NCBI GenBank assembly: GCA_965178125.1
Contig: OZ237763.1
Coordinates: 1-64,000 of the forward strand
Source: Bilabrum cf. latius
Lineage: Eukaryota
Reading direction: 5' to 3'
DNA: 64,000 bases
This document shows, piece by piece, positions 61,272 through 64,000 of the stretch. The translations under genes were made by a program, and so were the position numbers. How positions within the stretch are numbered: position 1 is the first letter of the stretch; every line of letters starts with the position of its first letter. The notes under the pieces were generated by a model. The model made no database searches, had not been told where the DNA came from, and worked only from the letters and a program-made list of their open reading frames with translations.

Positions 61272-64000
61272 TCATTCCTCCCCCTGTCCAACTGCCGACT
61301 GTGCCGCCGCCAGCGCCGCGTATAGCCCGTTCCTCCTGACCAGCTCGTCGTGCGTACCCAGCTCCTTCATCCTGCCGTTCTCAAGCACCGCAATTTGGAA
61401 TGCGTCCTGGATCGTCGAAAGCCGGTGCGCCACCACAACGCTGGTGAGCGCGCCGAGTCCCGCCGCGCCTCCCATCGCCTGCTCCTTGTCCCCACCATTC
61501 GCGCCCAGGATCCTGTTGAGCGCGTCCTGCACCGCCTTCTCGCTCTTGGAATCGAGCGCCGCAGTGGCCTCGTCGCAGAGGAGGCACGCGGGCCCGTCCA
61601 CCAGCGCCCTCGCGATGGCCACCCTCTGCTTCTGTCCCCCGCTGATCTGAGACCCGCTCATGTTGCCCACTGGGGTGGCGTACCCGTGCGCAAACGCCCG
61701 GACAAAGTCGTGCGCCGAGGCCGCCTGCGCCGCGCGCACCATGGCACCGTCGTCCCCGGTGTCCCCCGGCACGGGGTCTTTCTTGGTCTGCAGCCCAAGG
61801 TCAGGCTCCGGCTTGCGCGCGTCCTCCTTGATCCCGTACTTCACGTTGTAGGCCACCGTGTCGCTCCACAGCTGCGGCTCCTGCTGGATGAGACCGACCT
61901 TGCGGCGGAGCCACGCCACGTTGTAATCGCGCAGGTCCCTCCCGTCCAGCAGCACCTTCCCCTCGTCTGGGTCGTAGAACCGCATCAGCAGCTGGATGAT
62001 GGTGCTCTTGCCCGACCCGGAAGGACCCACGAGCGCGGTCTGCTTCCCCGGGGGCATGTCCAGGGTCACCCCCTGCAGCACCCTGACCTCGGGTCTGGAG
62101 GGATACGCGAAGGTCACGTCCACCAGACGGAAGTGCCCCTTGTATTCGCTATCCTCGGGCACGAAGCCGTCGTGCTGCCAGGGACCAGCGGCGGCGGCCT
62201 TCTCCTTCCTGACCAGCTCCTTGGCGGCCTCGGACCCGCGACCCCACCCCTTCGAGTGCGGCATGTTGCGGCCCTTGGGTGTCCGGTCGATCAGGTAGAA
62301 GATGCTCTCCTTGGCTGCCTCGGCCCGCCCCTGGTCGCCCAGGAAGGACGACGCCTGCCCGGCGCCCGTGGCGGCAAAGGCCAGGGCGAAGAAGCAGCGC
62401 GTGATGCTGCAAAAAAGGGAGAGTCAAGAGAAAACAAGGAAGGATGGAACAGGTAGCTCGGGGTGGGTGGCAAACACAAGTACAAGAGAGGGGCTAGCAG
62501 TGGGAAGTAGCCGGCGATCAGCTCACTCTTCGAATCCCCCGATCCATCCCTTGTCCAGGAACTGTGCCCCGGCCCAGAATGCGAGTGCGTAGAAGGAGAA
62601 GATGACCAGCTGGTTGGCGCCCATGGCCAGCCCCCCCGTGAGCCCCTTCTTGATCCCGATGGCGGCCTGGCCCTCCAGCTTCTGCTCGAACAGCCGCTGG
62701 ATGAAGCCCTGCATGCGGAAGGACTTGACGATTCGGATGGCGGTCATGGCCTCGGTGGCGACCTGGGTGGCAGATTCCACCCCCTCCCGGCCCGCGTCCT
62801 CCAGCCCCAGCTAAGCCCGCATCTGCATCTGGCCCGTGATCATGATCAGCGGCACGACTCCGATGATGACGAGTGACAGCAGCCACGTGGCGGTGAAGGC
62901 GATGATGAGGCCGGCCAAGAACGTGAACATGATCTGCAGCTGCGTGCCCAGCCTCTCCCCCGAGGTCAGCCGCACCAGTGTGGCGTCCATGGCCAGTCGT
63001 GCCACCAGCCGCCCGCTCGCGTTCTCCTCCCGGTCGAAGAAGGACACGTCCTGCTCCATGATGGCCACCATCGTGGCGGCTCGTAGCCTCGTGGTGAGCC
63101 TCGAGCCCACGTAGTCGAACATAGACACCTTGATGTAGTCGGCGATGGCCGCCCCGATGGCCAGGCCGGCGAACCCCAGGGCATAATTGCGCACCCCGGT
63201 CTCCAGCTGCGAGTCCACCGGGTTGTAGTACACCGTGATCATCTCAGTCAGGATGATGGCGTAGACTGCGGGAATGAGGGGAGAGAAGGGACGGGGAGTG
63301 GCAGCAAAGGAAATGAGGTGCAGGGGTGGGGGTGGGGGCAATTCGAATCCAGCGCGAGCCTACGGTGCATTGCAGTGCGGTGCTCATCGATCTCACCGGG
63401 GAACACGGAGCCCATGCACGCGGCCGCCACGACGCCCGTCCAGAATGCGCACTGCTCGTCCTTCTGGTACTCGAGTATGCGAGATAGGTTCACGGGCGCC
63501 CTCGATGCGGTGACGAGCATGAAGAGCAACTTGGCGTCTCCGCTGGTGGAGGGCAGCACCAGCGCGCCCTCGGTCACGGCGGGCCGCAGGTCCTCGTCCC
63601 TGGCCTTGCCTGCCTTGAGCCTCTGCAGCTTCTGCTCCGCCAGCTTGGCCGCGCTGGCCGTCTCTGCGTCCTTCTTGTCTTTGCCCTTGCCCTTTCCTTT
63701 GGGGGTGCTGCCCTCGGCCTCCGCGGCCGCTGCAGCGTCTGCCTCTTCCTCGCCCGCGGCCTCCCCCCCCCCACCGTCCTTCCTCTCCTTGGCCTCCATC
63801 TCGAGGGCGGCCTGCGCGCTGGCAGAGGCTGCCTTCATGTACTTGTCCCCACTGCGGGGATGAGCCAGGTAGAGCCCCTGGGGCAGCTTGCCCTGCACCG
63901 CGGCGCGCACCGCTGCCTGGAACCCCTCCGAGTCGGGAGCGGGGAAGGGCTCCTGGCCCACGGCCTGGGCCTTGAGCGGGTGGCACTCCAGACCCGTCCA
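61272..64000 (-). CDS. ABCB/MDR (P-glycoprotein-like) ABC transporter, C-terminal half; 5' part lies beyond the window (1 in-frame TAG)
   Basis: TMD2 with FFDREENASGRLVARLAMDA; NBD with FAYPSRP, GPSGSGKST, QEPQL, ISGGQKQRVAIARAL, DEATAALD, VAHRLSTI. Introns 63396-63266 and 62526-62407; TAG at 62811; TGA at 61272. Confidence 0.95.

Noticed and set aside
2990-62813. Treating TAG-interrupted genes as pseudogenes or sequencing errors
   Set aside because: The interruptions are exclusively TAG, with no frameshifts, and conserved motifs are intact on both sides in essential genes. Decay or errors would also create TAA, TGA and indels.
2990-62813. TAG as pyrrolysine, Leu, Glu or Tyr
   Set aside because: TAG swaps with CAG/CAA in repeats and sits at the transketolase DFQ site. 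One TAG replaces GAG in the 27-bp repeat (19400) and one sits at an often-Glu site in Psf2 (6887), but these fit single E>Q changes. No pyl genes are seen.

Overview
This window is the left end of a compact, GC-rich, intron-poor eukaryotic (protist-like) chromosome. It starts with about 1.1 kb of (CCCTAA)n telomere and a short 58-bp subtelomeric array, followed by 18 densely packed protein-coding genes, mostly in head-to-head pairs. The main result is a non-standard nuclear genetic code. About 80 in-frame TAG codons (manual count) interrupt otherwise intact genes, including transketolase, PDH E2, PSF2, PIF1, GPKOW, membralin, an ABCB transporter and two giant ORFs of over 4000 aa. TAG sits at a conserved Gln position and alternates with CAG/CAA between copies of coding tandem repeats, which indicates UAG=Gln. 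I saw no in-frame TAA or TGA in the coding stretches I read. Genes end in TGA (17) or TAA (1, after the invariant tubby C-terminus KLACE), so UAG and UAA appear decoupled. The standard-code ORF track fragments most genes. Re-reading with UAG=Gln gives a ~4420-aa repeat protein with three BAH/Tudor-like modules, a ~4110-aa cadherin/FG-GAP/RCC1-like surface protein with six copies of an unrecognised domain, a PIF1 helicase with an RQC-like N-terminus, and a MARCH-type RING-CH ligase. All family assignments are from recalled motifs, not database searches.
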